Numbered from the stretch's first letter, positions 1 through 12,675 are shown. The stretch: DNA of 64,000 nucleotides from an uncultured Verrucomicrobiae bacterium (GCA_963719495.1 CAVRCI010000002.1:704001-768000), one strand, 5' to 3'. The notes: generated by a model not told the origin, from the sequence alone. A program made the numbers and translations.

Positions 1-1778
1 GGGCGAGCAGGACGTTGCGGGTGAGGGCGAGGTTGAGGGCAGCTTTTGGTCTGCGATGTCGGTGCCGATCTTCTTGCCAGGCGGAGGCGTCGCGTTTGTG
101 GTGATTGCGGTTCTCGATGCTCCAGTGCTCGCGAACGGCGCGGGTGGAACGGGATTTTTCTTCCGGTTCCAGGCTGGAAAGGAAGATACGGGTATGGCTC
201 TTGGGCGTTTGGTGGGGGTCTTTCTTTTCCTGCCAGTCGCGCTGCACGGTGATGGCGGAGCGGGCACCGGGCAGCCCGGCGGAGACTGGGGAGATGGGTT
301 GGACGGCGGCTTTGCGGGAGTCGATGCGCCCGTGATCGCCTTCGCAGCTCAGGTCAAAAAAGGGGAGCCCTCCAGGGCGCGGGTGGCTGCCTCCAATCGT
401 TTGGAGGTATTTGCTTTTGTGCCGATGAGATAGTCGCCTCCCTTTTCCAGGATGACTCGCGCGGTGGCCTCTTTGTTGTGAAGCGGGTCGGCCGTGACCA
501 GCGCGTTGACCAGTTCCACCCCGGGATTGGAGAGCAGGGCGCGGGCTTCAGAGACTTCGCAGTCTTCTTTTTTTCCGCTGGCCGGGATCATGGCCACCGG
601 ACGCCCGTCTTCATGACGGCAAAGGGTCACGATCATGCCGCAGCGTCCATCGCCCACGCTTTTGCCATCCAGGGCCAGGCTGCGGGGCAGCACTCCCGCG
701 TTGGCTTGCAACCAGGCCGTCAGCGCATGGGCGTAGGCGTGGGGTTCCACGGCGGCCAGCAGGTCGTTGAGCGCATCGTAGCCGGGCATCTTGAGCCGCT
801 TACTTTGCTTGTCGCGCACCCGCAGGCCGATCACCTCTCTTTGGCTCTGGGAAAGGCAGGCCACTTTCCTCCAGATATCGAGCACGTCGCGCGCCCCCAT
901 GAGCAACCCCAGCGAGATCAGGGTCAACATCGCCGATAGGGGGTGACGGCGGCTTTTGGGGTGACGCGGATCGGGCACCTCCCTCAAGGCGTCGCGCAGG
1001 CTTTTGAGTCCGGCGTTCTTGAGCGGACTGCGGGCTCCCCCGCGTCCGACCAAGGCCCCCTTGCTGGCTTCGGGCAACTCGCGCGCGCTCATCAACTCGC
1101 AGGCCTTGGGCGCGAGCTCTTTCAGCCACAGCTTCTTGGGCCTCCCGTTGGGGATGTAGTAGTCGGTGTGGTCTTGCGAAAACCCCTTCGTCGTTCCCGC
1201 CTGCGTCCAGTTCGTCGCTTTGTAAACCGTTCCCGCATGGCTTTCTGGATCGCTGAAGCTTTCGGCCAGAAGTGGTCGGTAACCGTGTACCTTTTCCCAT
1301 TGCTCCACCAGTTCCCGCATCCCGGCCCCAAGACATTGGCTGGCCAGGTTCGGCCGTCGTGCCTCTTCCAAAACCAGAAAGCGTCGCAGCTGCACCACCA
1401 GCTTGAGCCGCTCCGAGCGCGTCACCGCATCCCATCCCACCGCTTCGTCCCGATCCTTCAAATGCCACGCCGCCGCACACCACACCATTACCCCGGCAAG
1501 CTTCCCTTCCTCCATCACCAACTGGCAGAGCCGGTCTCCCGCCTCGCTCCCAGCTCCCAACCCATGCTCTCGCCCAAGGGCCTCTTTCGCTCGGCGCCAG
1601 TCCCCCGCCGAATGCGCTACCTTCACTTCCAATCGCGTTGCCTTGCTTTCAATGCCCTCGCCTTTCCTGGTCTCCTGCTTTTTCACCACCGTAGTTCAGC
1701 TTTTCGACGCGCTTTTGTCTAGCCATTTCTCTTTTCCCCTACCTATCAGCTTCCTCGCGCTTCAAGCCAAATGCCCTG
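1..1778 (-). mobile_element. ISAs1-family IS, copy 1 (runs off the window start)
   Basis: Terminal IR CAGGGCATTTGGCTTGAAG ends at 1778 on the minus strand; near-identical to 58106-60011 in the opposite orientation. Confidence 0.92.
349..1689 (-). CDS. DUF4338/DruA-like domain fused to ISAs1 transposase N-terminal part (ORF1; C-terminus in the -1 frame)
   Basis: RRFLVL..PNLASQ..YRPLLAESFSDP..GTVYKATNW, then VPDPR..RHPL, LDGK, VTADPLH, GGDYLIGTKAN. Confidence 0.85.
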   Translation of the reverse strand: MVKKQETRKGEGIESKATRLEVKVAHSAGDWRRAKEALGREHGLGAGSEAGDRLCQLVMEEGKLAGVMVWCAAAWHLKDRDEAVGWDAVTRSERLKLVVQLRRFLVLEEARRPNLASQCLGAGMRELVEQWEKVHGYRPLLAESFSDPESHAGTVYKATNWTQAGTTKGFSQDHTDYYIPNGRPKKLWLKELAPKACELMSARELPEASKGALVGRGGARSPLKNAGLKSLRDALREVPDPRHPKSRRHPLSAMLTLISLGLLMGARDVLDIWRKVACLSQSQREVIGLRVRDKQSKRLKMPGYDALNDLLAAVEPHAYAHALTAWLQANAGVLPRSLALDGKSVGDGRCGMIVTLCRHEDGRPVAMIPASGKKEDCEVSEARALLSNPGVELVNALVTADPLHNKEATARVILEKGGDYLIGTKANTSKRLEAATRALEGSPFLT

Positions 1779-3241
1779 CGCTGCGACCTTCGTCGGATCG
1801 ATTTAGCTTGTTTGCCGGAGAAACATTCGGCTCGAAATTTGGCGGCGAGGAGGCGCCGCGGTGGCCGGTGGAGAGCTGGCGCGACCTGGGCGAGACGGCT
1901 GATGGCGCGCTGTCGCCGGAGCGCTGGGTCGGGAGATTGGACGCGAAGCTGGGGGTTGGAAGGGTGAGGGTGGCGGCCGAGGCGTGGTCGGCTGGGAGCT
2001 GGGTGCCGGTCCCGCCGATCGAACTACGGATAGCGGGCGCGAGGGGTTTCCGGGGGGGATTGAGCGAGCAATTCGGGATGCCGTATTTGTTCGGCGCTGG
2101 TCTGTTGCGGGATCGCCATCCGGAGGCCTTCGAGGCGGGCAACGATTGCGCCAATTTTCTGGTTGCCGCCTGGCATCGGGTCGGTCGCGCTCTCCCGTGG
2201 GGCAGTCCCCGGCAGCTTCGGCGGCACCTGCAAGTGGTCGAAAGGGAGGTGGGAACCGGAGATGGCGTGCCGATCTCGGACGATTGGATCGAAGATGGGT
2301 TGGTGGTGGATTTTGGAGAGCACCTGGGGGCGGTCTGGGAGGACCGGGCGCCGGTGGGCAGACTGACGGGTGCTGACCTTGTGGCGCATCACCTTGGGAC
2401 GTTTCCGGAGCTGGCGACGCTCGCTTCGCTGGCGGAGGGGAGGCCGGACTTTCAGCTCCTGCGGTATCCATCCGTGATCGCGTGCCGCGTTCGGATCGGG
2501 GGAGATGTCGTCCTGGCGAGGGACGGCGGGGAGTTGGCGCTCGAGGATGAAAAGGCGGATCTGGTGATGGTCAATCTCGAGGGGATTCCGAGCGAACCGC
2601 GGATTGGGCCGCGAACGCGTTTCGATTTCCGGTTTCCGGCGGAGCGGATCGACTGGCTCGTGCGGAACGGGATCGACGGGGTGTCTCTGGCGAACAACCA
2701 CGCGGGCGACGCGGGATGGGAGGCGTTGGGGCCGGGAATCGCCTCGCTGAGGGAAGCGGGGCTGGGCGTATTCGGGGCAGGCTCGTCACTGGAGGGCGCT
2801 CTGGCGCCTTGGATCCGCTCGACCGGCGGACGGGAATTTGCGTTCTTCGGGGTGTCGTGCGTGTCTTCGCTCCAGGCCGGCGGGGGGCGAGCGGGCGTCT
2901 TGTCGCTGCCGGAGAATGCGTCGCGCTTGGAGCGAGCGATCAAGGATCAGAAGGAAGCGAAGCGGACGGTAATCGTGTTGGCTCACTGGGGGCGGGAACA
3001 CACCGAGGAGATCTCCGAAGATCAGAGGAAGTGGGCGCATTGGCTGGTGGCAGTCGGGGCTGACGTGGTCGCCGGGAGTGGTCCGCACGTCCGGCAACCG
3101 CTCGATTTCATCCGAGGTCGACCGATTGCGTTTTCGCTCGGAAACGCGGTGCCGGCTCGGCTCGAGGGCCGGGGGAACGGAAGCTGGTTGGAGGTCTGCT
3201 TCGATGCCAACGGGTCAGTGGTCAGGTGCCGTCTCGAGTGA
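1779..3241 (+). pseudogene. CapA/PGA_cap metallophosphatase-domain protein, interrupted at its 5' side by the IS
   Basis: GGDV, VNLEG, SLANNHAGD, AHWG, GPHV, FSLGN motifs; open frame begins directly at the IS end with no own start. Confidence 0.75.
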
Positions 3242-3323
3242 GGCGAGTTCGGCGGCGGGGTGGCCGCCGGGCAGGATGCCCGGCGGGACAGGCAGGGATG
3301 CCTGTTTTCCCCAAAGCAGGCCG

Positions 3324-3761
3324 TCACTCGTGATCGCAGGTGCAGGCGTATTCGGCGTAGTCGCAGGTGGGGCACTGGGCGAGGTTGACGGTGATTCGCT
3401 CGGTGATCGTCTTTGACTCGGGGGTGGTCTGGATTTGGAGGACCGCAGGGATGGCTTTGCCTTCGGGGAGGGGGGCGTCCGAGACGAGGGTGTCGTCGGT
3501 CTTGGTGAAGGTGAGCTCGGTTGGGTTGGAGCGGTCTCCGGCGATGACTTTGGCGGTCTGATCGGCGACGGGGATGGGGTTCGTTTCTTCGTCGAGGAAG
3601 GTGAGTTGGACTCGGCGGTCTTCGAGGACGAGGAATTCGGCGTGGGGTTCGACTTCAGTGACGACGCGACCGCCGTTGGGGCCGGCGACTTTGGAGTCGT
3701 GATCGTCGGCTGCATGAACCGCGGAGATTGCTATTAGGAGGAGGATTAGGGTGTTTTTCAT
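3324..3761 (-). CDS. Secreted putative metal-binding protein at the end of the efflux operon
   Basis: Signal peptide MKNTLILLLIAISAVHA; GPNGGR motif; C-terminal CPTC..CTCDHE. Confidence 0.75.
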   Translation of the reverse strand: MKNTLILLLIAISAVHAADDHDSKVAGPNGGRVVTEVEPHAEFLVLEDRRVQLTFLDEETNPIPVADQTAKVIAGDRSNPTELTFTKTDDTLVSDAPLPEGKAIPAVLQIQTTPESKTITERITVNLAQCPTCDYAEYACTCDHE

Positions 3762-3874
3762 GGTTTTTTGTGGGTGAGTTTTCAACCGCGGATGGCGCGG
3801 ATGAGCGCGGATAATACGAATTCGCTGATGCAATCCGCTCAATCCGTGTGATCCGCGGTTCAAATGTATTGTTA

Positions 3875-6800
3875 TTAGAGTGTCGCTGGGGAGTTGCGGT
3901 CGATGGCTCGGAGGGCGGCCTTGCGACCAAATAGGGTGAAGACGGCCGGGGTGACTCCTAGGCCCAGGAGGGTTGACGTGAAGAGCCCGCCGACGATGAC
4001 GACGGCGACTGGGTGCAGAATTTCTTTGCCGGGTTCGCCCGCGGCGAGGACCAGCGGGATGAGCGCGAAACCGGCGGAGAGGGCGGTCATGAGGACGGGG
4101 ATCAATCTTTCCAGCGTGCCGCGCTCGATCATGGCCCGACCGAACTCTTCGCCTTCGTGCCGCATGAGGTGGAGGTAGTGGGAGATGAGCATCACGCTGT
4201 TGCGGGCGGCGATGCCTGCCACGGCGATGAAGCCGACGAGGGTGGCGATGCTGATGTTATCGACGAGGACCCAGGTGAGGAGGAGGCCGCCGATGAGGGC
4301 GAGGGGGATGTCGCAGAGGACCTGGAGGGCGAAGACGGGGGTGCCGAAGTAGTGCGTGAGGAGGATGCCGATGACGACGAGGACCAACGCCGCGAAGATA
4401 GCGATGCGGCGGGCGGCGTCCTGGCGGGCGAGGTATTCGCCTTCGTAGCTGACGAAGTAGCCGTCGGGGAAGGTGACGTTTTTGGTGACGGCGGTTTGGA
4501 GTTGGGTGACAAGTCCGGCGAGGTCGCGGGCGGTGGGGTTGATGCTGACGACGAAGCGGCGTTGGGTGTTTTCGCGTTGGATGACGTTGGGTCCCTTGGC
4601 TTCGCGGAGGTCGGCGACGGCTGAGAGTGGGACGCGGCGGCCCGTCGGGGTGGTGAGGATCATGTCGGCGAGGCGGTCGGGGTTTTCGCGCCACGCCTCG
4701 GGGAGGCGGACGACGAGGTCGATGGTGCGCTGGCCTTCGTAGAGCTCGGCGACGGTTTCGCCGCCCATGAGGGTGGCGAGTTGGTCGTTGATGTCGCCGG
4801 GGGTTAGGCCGTAGGCGAGCGCGCGGTCGCGGTCGACTTCGAGGCGGAGCTGCGGGATGAGGGCCTGCTGCTCGACGCGGGCGTCTTCGAGGCCGGGGAT
4901 GGTGACGGCGAGGGATTGGATCTCGTCGCCGAGGCGGCGGAGGGTGGCGAGGTCGGGGCCAAAAATTTTGACGGCAACCTTGGCGGAAACGCCGGAGAGC
5001 ATGTGACCGATGCGGTCGGCGAGCGGGCCGGAGAGGGCGGTGAAGGTGCCGGGGATGGTGGCCAATTTTTCGCGGATGTCGGCGCGGACTTCGTCGCGGG
5101 GGCGTCCGCCCGGTTTGAAATCGACGTCGAATTCGACGGTGGAGACGGGGACGACGTGGTCGCCACGTTCGGCGCGTCCGACGCGGCGTCCGACGCTGCG
5201 GACTTCGGGAATCGTGAGGAGGAGGCGGTCGGCGACGGCGGCGACTTCGTTGGTTTGCGTGAGGGAGGTGCCGGGGGCGGTGGTGAGGGCGGCGAGGACG
5301 GTTTCTTCCTGGAAGGCGGGGAGGAAGTCTTTGCCCATGAGCGGGTAGATGGTGGCGGCGAGGGCGAGGAGGATGCCGGCGACGGCGAGGACGAGGAGCG
5401 GGGCGTCGAGGGCGAGGCGGAGCCAGGTGTTTTTGAGAAACCACTTGAGGGCGGCGACGAGGCGGTTGTCGCCGTGGGTCTTGCCGGCTTTGGGGTTGAG
5501 GAGGAGGGAGCAGAGGACGGGGATGACGGTGAGGGAGACGACGAAGGAGGCGGCCATGCTGACGATGGTGGCGACGCCGATGGGCGTGAAGAGGCGGCCT
5601 TCGACGCCGCTGAGGCCGAAGAGCGGGAGGAAGACGAGGATGATGAAAATGGTGGCGTAGAGGATGGAATTGCGGACCTCGGCGGAGGCGCGGGCGATGA
5701 CTTCGAGGCGGGGGTGCGGGACGTCGCGCGCGGCGTTTTGACTCGCTTCGCTCGCCCTTCGGGCTGCCTCCGGCAGTCTATGTCCGCTTCGCTCCCATTC
5801 GCGCAAGCGGCGGAAGACGTTTTCGACGTCGATGATGGCGTCGTCGACGACCATGCCGATGGCGACGGCGAGGCCGCCGAGGGTCATGGAATTCACGCTG
5901 ATCCCGAAGGCGTCGAACACGAGGAGCGTGATGGCGAAGGAGAGCGGGATGGCGGTGAGGGTGATGAGGGTGGTGCGGAGGTTGAAGAGGAAGAGGAGCA
6001 GGATGAGGGAGACCATGATGGCGCCGTCGCGGAGGGCCTCGACGAGGTTGTGGACGGCGTGGTCGATGAAGTCGGCCTGGCGGAAGAGGGGGGAGATTTC
6101 GACGCCGCCGGGGAGGGCGGTTTGGAGTTCGGTGATGGCGCGCTCGATTTCTGCGGTGAGCGTGAGGGTGTCGAAGCCGGGGGATTTGGTGACGCTGAGG
6201 ATGACGCCGGGGGTGCCGTTGACGGCGGCGTCGCCGCGCATGGGTTCGACGTCCCAGGTGACGGTGGCGACGTCGGCGAGGGTGATGGGGCGGTCGTTGA
6301 CGGTCTTGATGACGGTGCGGGCGATGTCGTCGAGGTGGGTGGTCATCGCCAGATTGCGGACCATGAGTTCCTGCGGGCCGGTGGTGAGGAAGCCGCCGGT
6401 GGTGTTGGTGGCGGCGTGCGCGGTGGCCGATTTGACTTCGTCGAGGGTGACGTCGAAGGCGAGAAGGCGGTTGGGGTCGGGCTGGACCTGGATCTGTTTG
6501 ACGCCGCCGCCCATGGCGAGGACTTCGGCGATGCCGGGGATGCTCTGGAAGCGCTGGCGGACGGTCCAGTCGGCGAGGGTGCGGAGGTCGCGGGGGGCGA
6601 CGACGTTGTCGGGACTTCGGAGGCCGACGAGGAGGATCTCGCCCATGAGGGAGGCGACGGGGGTCATGAAGGGGGTGATGCCCGCGGGGAAGTCGACGGT
6701 TTGCGTCCGCTCGTAGACGAGTTGACGGGCGTCGTAAATTTCGGTGTCCCAGTCGAATTCGACGAAAACGAGCGAGAGCGCGACGTCGGAGGTGGAGCGG

Positions 6801-7045
6801 AGGCGGGTGACGCCGCTGACGCCCATGAGGGCGTTTTCGAGCGGGACGGTGACGAGGGTTTCGACCTCCTCGGGGGCGAGGCCGGGGGACTCGGTGAGGA
6901 TGGTGACGGTGGGCTTGGTGAGGTCGGGGAGGACCTCGACGGGGAGCTGGGTCGCGGTGCGCGCGCCGAGGACGAGCAGGATGATCGCGCCGATGAGGAC
7001 GAGCGGCCGGTGCGCGAGGGAGAAGCGGATGAGACGGTTCAGCAT
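3875..7045 (-). CDS. czcA: Heavy-metal efflux RND transporter, CzcA/CusA family
   Basis: 1056 aa; GMVVDDAIIDVEN, ERLIPVLMTAL, GKEILHPVA motifs. Confidence 0.9.
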   Translation of the reverse strand: MLNRLIRFSLAHRPLVLIGAIILLVLGARTATQLPVEVLPDLTKPTVTILTESPGLAPEEVETLVTVPLENALMGVSGVTRLRSTSDVALSLVFVEFDWDTEIYDARQLVYERTQTVDFPAGITPFMTPVASLMGEILLVGLRSPDNVVAPRDLRTLADWTVRQRFQSIPGIAEVLAMGGGVKQIQVQPDPNRLLAFDVTLDEVKSATAHAATNTTGGFLTTGPQELMVRNLAMTTHLDDIARTVIKTVNDRPITLADVATVTWDVEPMRGDAAVNGTPGVILSVTKSPGFDTLTLTAEIERAITELQTALPGGVEISPLFRQADFIDHAVHNLVEALRDGAIMVSLILLLFLFNLRTTLITLTAIPLSFAITLLVFDAFGISVNSMTLGGLAVAIGMVVDDAIIDVENVFRRLREWERSGHRLPEAARRASEASQNAARDVPHPRLEVIARASAEVRNSILYATIFIILVFLPLFGLSGVEGRLFTPIGVATIVSMAASFVVSLTVIPVLCSLLLNPKAGKTHGDNRLVAALKWFLKNTWLRLALDAPLLVLAVAGILLALAATIYPLMGKDFLPAFQEETVLAALTTAPGTSLTQTNEVAAVADRLLLTIPEVRSVGRRVGRAERGDHVVPVSTVEFDVDFKPGGRPRDEVRADIREKLATIPGTFTALSGPLADRIGHMLSGVSAKVAVKIFGPDLATLRRLGDEIQSLAVTIPGLEDARVEQQALIPQLRLEVDRDRALAYGLTPGDINDQLATLMGGETVAELYEGQRTIDLVVRLPEAWRENPDRLADMILTTPTGRRVPLSAVADLREAKGPNVIQRENTQRRFVVSINPTARDLAGLVTQLQTAVTKNVTFPDGYFVSYEGEYLARQDAARRIAIFAALVLVVIGILLTHYFGTPVFALQVLCDIPLALIGGLLLTWVLVDNISIATLVGFIAVAGIAARNSVMLISHYLHLMRHEGEEFGRAMIERGTLERLIPVLMTALSAGFALIPLVLAAGEPGKEILHPVAVVIVGGLFTSTLLGLGVTPAVFTLFGRKAALRAIDRNSPATL

Positions 7046-8259
7046 TAGCTTGCGCGGTGGCGGCGGGTTGCGCTGAGGACGAGGAGCGCGAGGAGGACGA
7101 CGTTGGTGACGACGAGGAAGAGGGCGAGAGGGCTGGAGGGGGAGAGGGGGTGACTGGTGGTGGCGGAGGTTTCGCGTGCTTCGGCGGATTTCTTGGCTCT
7201 CTCGGCGGCGGTGAGTTCGGAGCCGTCTTCGGCGTGTTCGTGGCCGTGGGCGGCGTCGAGGGCTTCTTTCAAGGAGATGCTGGCGTTGCTGCCGGCGAAG
7301 CCGAGGAGGTAGCTGCCGGTGGTGACGACTTCGTCGGCGGGGAAGAGGCCGCTGACGATCTCGACGGATTGGTCGTTGCGGAGGCCGAGCTGGACGGGGG
7401 TGCGGTGAAAGGCGTTGGGAAGGTCGAAGTCGCGGACGTAAACGACGCGGTTGGTTGGGTCGCCCTGAATGGCGGCGCGGGGGACGGACGTGACGTTCTT
7501 GTGCTCGGCGACGACGATGGCGAATTCGGCGCGCATGCCGGGGCGGAGGGCGTGGTCGGGGTTTTTGACGATGAACGCGGCTTCGACGGTGCCGGCTTCG
7601 GGGTCGGCGTGCGCGCCGAGGTGCTCGAGGGTGGACTCGTAGGGTTCCGGACCGATGGCTGGGACGGTGATGCGGGCGGGGATGCCGGGGGCGAGTCGGG
7701 CGGCGAGGTGCTCGGGGACGCGGGCGATGGCGTAGACGGCGTCGATGTCGATGATTTCGGCGAGGGATTCGTCGGGGGTGACCGGTTGGCCGAGGGCCAC
7801 GTTGGTGGTGGTGACGAGTCCGGTCATCGGCGCCGTGAGAATGATGGTCGGCGGTGGGTTGCCGGGTTGGCGGCTTTCGACGATGACGGCGGGATCACCT
7901 TTTTCGATGAAGTGGTCGTGTTGGATGAAGACCTTGGTGGCGCGACCGGGGATGCGGCTGCTGACGGCGGCACGGTGGCCGGGGAGGACGTCGATGACGC
8001 CGAGGGCGAAGACGGTTTCTTCGAAGTTCGTTTCTTCGGCGACGGCGAGTTTGATCCCGAGGTTTTGGGCGGCGGTTTCCGTGAGGATGATGGGCTCGGC
8101 GGTGAGGGGTCCGCAGAAGAGGAGGATGAGAAATGCGGTTTTGGTCCGCAGATTAAACAGAGGTACGCAGATTTGATGAAGGAGACGGCGACTTCGTCGC
8201 TGGGAGATGCGATTCCATCTACGTAAATCTGCGTAATCTGGGGATGAACTTGGATTCAT
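7045..8259 (-). CDS. RND periplasmic adaptor (CzcB-like)
   Basis: AVSSRIPG, LRPGM, VPRAAI, GLFPADEVV; His-rich tail; between OM factor and RND pump. Confidence 0.85.
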   Translation of the reverse strand: MNPSSSPDYADLRRWNRISQRRSRRLLHQICVPLFNLRTKTAFLILLFCGPLTAEPIILTETAAQNLGIKLAVAEETNFEETVFALGVIDVLPGHRAAVSSRIPGRATKVFIQHDHFIEKGDPAVIVESRQPGNPPPTIILTAPMTGLVTTTNVALGQPVTPDESLAEIIDIDAVYAIARVPEHLAARLAPGIPARITVPAIGPEPYESTLEHLGAHADPEAGTVEAAFIVKNPDHALRPGMRAEFAIVVAEHKNVTSVPRAAIQGDPTNRVVYVRDFDLPNAFHRTPVQLGLRNDQSVEIVSGLFPADEVVTTGSYLLGFAGSNASISLKEALDAAHGHEHAEDGSELTAAERAKKSAEARETSATTSHPLSPSSPLALFLVVTNVVLLALLVLSATRRHRAS

Positions 8260-9617
8260 GGTTCAGTGGTGGTGAGCCAGCGGGCGTGGGCGAGGTGGTA
8301 GGCCTTGCGGGCGGTGAGGGCGTCGGTCTCGGCTTCGGCGAGGCGGGTGCGGGCGGCGAAGAGGGTCGGGTAATCGACTTCGCCTTGCTGGTAGGCGGCT
8401 TCGGTGGCTTCGATCTGCCGGCGGGCGGCGGGGAGGAGCTTCGAGTCGTAGGTTCGGGCGGTTTGGTAGGCGGCGACGAGGAGGCGGTGGGCGGCGTCGG
8501 CTTCGTTTCGGATCGTGAGTCGAAGGGCGACGAGTTCGGACTGGCGGCGGTCGCGAATGGCGGTCTGCTCGGCGATGGCACCGGTGCCCTTCTGCCAGAG
8601 GGGGAGCGGGATGCTGACGCGGACGCCGGCGATGGCTTCGTTTTCGAATCCGCCCTCATCAGCGGCGAGGCGCTCGCCTTCGTAGAAGACGCCGACGCCG
8701 ATGTCGTCCCAGCGGGAGGCGCGGGCGATGGAGACGGAGGTGTCGCCGGATTCGACGGCGAGCTCGGCGAGGCGGAGGTCGGAGCGGGTGGTTGGTGTGC
8801 GGTGGGCCGGGGGGGAGGCTGGGAGCGGGGGGAGGGTGACGGGGAGTTCGGCGGTGAGGGGTTGGCCGAGGAGGGTGGCGAGTTCGGCGGTGGCGGTGAT
8901 CTCGGTGACGGCGAGGGTGGTGGCTTCGGCGGCGAGGGTGGCGGCGGCGAGATCGGTCTGGCTGGCTTCGAGGGTGGAGGTGAGGCCTTCGGCGGATTGG
9001 GTGGTGAGGGATTTGGCGAAGGTTTCGAGGGTTTTGATTTGGGCGGTGGCGAGGGCAATGGCTTTGCGGGTGGCGGCGAGCTCGATCGTGGCGGCTTGGG
9101 CGCGTCCGGCGATCAGGCGGGTGCGGTCGGCGATTTCGAGGCGGGCCATTTCGATCTGGATGGCTGATCGACGGCGCTCGAGGGCGAGGCGGGCGGTGAG
9201 GGGAAAGCGTTGGGTGAGGGCGATTTCGCCGCGGGCTTGGGCCTCGGGGCCGGCTCCGAGTTCGATCTGAAGTTCGGGGTTGGCGAGGCGGCCGGTGGTG
9301 CGGGCTCGGCCTTCGGCTTCGGCGAGGAGGTGGCGGGCGGCGCGGAGTTCGGGGTTGTTGGCGGTGGCTTGGGTGGCGGCTTCGGTGGGGGTGAGGGCTT
9401 GGGTGGTGGGGAGGGTGAGGAGGAGGGTGGCGATCGCGGCGGTTGCGTGGAAGAATGCGGATCTGCGATCCGGTTTGGTTGGGTCGGCGATTGAAAATCG
9501 CCGCTCCTTGAAGATGCAGGCGGCTCTCTCGCTTCGCTCGATTTGCCTGGTGATGCGGCGGGACGCCGCATCTCGCACGCGGGGACGCGTGCGCTCCTTG
9601 AAATATCTTTTGCTCAT
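8256..9617 (-). CDS. TolC/CzcC outer-membrane efflux protein (start uncertain)
   Basis: NNPELRAA, LANPEL, VSIPLPLW, AYQQGEVDY motifs; operon context. Confidence 0.8.
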   Translation of the reverse strand: MSKRYFKERTRPRVRDAASRRITRQIERSERAACIFKERRFSIADPTKPDRRSAFFHATAAIATLLLTLPTTQALTPTEAATQATANNPELRAARHLLAEAEGRARTTGRLANPELQIELGAGPEAQARGEIALTQRFPLTARLALERRRSAIQIEMARLEIADRTRLIAGRAQAATIELAATRKAIALATAQIKTLETFAKSLTTQSAEGLTSTLEASQTDLAAATLAAEATTLAVTEITATAELATLLGQPLTAELPVTLPPLPASPPAHRTPTTRSDLRLAELAVESGDTSVSIARASRWDDIGVGVFYEGERLAADEGGFENEAIAGVRVSIPLPLWQKGTGAIAEQTAIRDRRQSELVALRLTIRNEADAAHRLLVAAYQTARTYDSKLLPAARRQIEATEAAYQQGEVDYPTLFAARTRLAEAETDALTARKAYHLAHARWLTTTEP

Positions 9618-9700
9618 TTGTGCTGATCGTTGCGTTGAGCTCGCTTTTGCGGGCTCGGGTGACGGGACGCGGGTCGTGGGCACGAGGTGCCCGCGACGGA

Positions 9701-10018
9701 TCAGGACAACTGAGGGGGGTGGTCGATTTCGCGTGATCGACCGGGAGTCGGGCGTTCGTCGCGGAGGTGGAGCGGGAGGAGAATGGTTTTCAGCGCGAGG
9801 GCCGTTGGGTTGCTGAAGGTGGCGAGGACCGTGGGGGCTTGGCCGTGGCAGCAGGTGTGCTCGGTGGGGCAGTCGCGCTCCTCGGTGGGGGACGTGTCGC
9901 AGGTGGAGTGCTCGGCGTCGCAGCCGTGGTCTTCGAAGGCGTGCATCAACTGGGTGGTGCCCGCCAGGAGGATGGCGATGGCCCAGATGAGAGCGAGGTG
10001 CGTTCGAAGGTGAGTCAC
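9701..10018 (-). CDS. Small His/Cys-rich leader protein of the metal efflux operon
   Basis: Hydrophobic N-terminus, HTCCH, C-terminal IDHPPQLS. Confidence 0.65.
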   Translation of the reverse strand: MTHLRTHLALIWAIAILLAGTTQLMHAFEDHGCDAEHSTCDTSPTEERDCPTEHTCCHGQAPTVLATFSNPTALALKTILLPLHLRDERPTPGRSREIDHPPQLS

Positions 10019-10030
10019 GGTGGGGAACTC

Positions 10031-10795
<765 letters not shown>

Positions 10796-10887
10796 GGGGA
10801 CGGGAGTTTTTTTGGACAGGAGCTACGGGATTTTCAGGATTGATGCGGCGGGAATGGGTTCATTCCAATCCTGTTAATCCTGTCCGA

Positions 10888-12135
<1,248 letters not shown>

Positions 12136-12146
12136 GCAGGTCACCG

Positions 12147-12356
12147 GAGTAGAGAAATGGGAAATTTGAAATGCTGAATTAGAAATGGCGAGGCGCTTCG
12201 CGCGATTTGTTTTGGCTTACTTGTTGCCCGTCGTCTTTGTGATGGCTCCGAGAGTGGAGAAATGGAAAATTTGAAATGTTGAATTAGAAATGGCGAGGCG
12301 CTTTGCGCGATCTGTTTTGGCTTACTTGTTGCCCGTCGTCTTTGTGATTGCGCCTA
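12147..12356. repeat. 105-bp imperfect tandem duplication including heptamer repeats and the 3' end of the four-helix-bundle gene
   Basis: 12147-12251 aligns with 12252-12356. Confidence 0.9.
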
Positions 12357-12675
12357 GGATTCTTTTGAGTTCTTGCGCCTGTTCCAGCTGAGCTGTCGCT
12401 TCGGTTCGATGTTGGGGGTAGGAATCTCGAATTAGTCGGAGCCAGTAGTGACTTTCGCGGGCTTCTTTGGCCGCGCGACACATGATGGTGTGGAAGTCGG
12501 GCTTGGTCTGGGCGGCTTGGGCTTCTTCGACGTTGGCTCCGATGCTCGTTCCGCTTCGGACCAACTGCCGCGAGAGAACAAACTCCTTCTCCCGCTGCAA
12601 CTTGGATGAGAGTCGAATGACCTCAAGCGCGAACCCGTAGCTCTTGTCCAGAACGGCGTTCGCGCCGTCACTCAT
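12322..12675 (-). CDS. Four helix bundle protein (23S rRNA IVP-like family)
   Basis: QLVRSGTSIGANVEEA..DF..KEARESHYWL. Confidence 0.9.
   Translation of the reverse strand: MSDGANAVLDKSYGFALEVIRLSSKLQREKEFVLSRQLVRSGTSIGANVEEAQAAQTKPDFHTIMCRAAKEARESHYWLRLIRDSYPQHRTEATAQLEQAQELKRILGAITKTTGNK

Noticed and set aside
349..1689. Druantia defence system
   Set aside because: Only a DruA-like domain within an IS; no DruE helicase or other partners in the window
4916..7048. Long antisense ORFs (also 42217-44340, 10840-12084 and others)
   Set aside because: Shadow frames of high-GC genes with no recognisable motifs
12147..12675. Diversity-generating retroelement (Avd-like fold plus repeat pair)
   Set aside because: No reverse transcriptase in the window, and repeat differences are not confined to adenines
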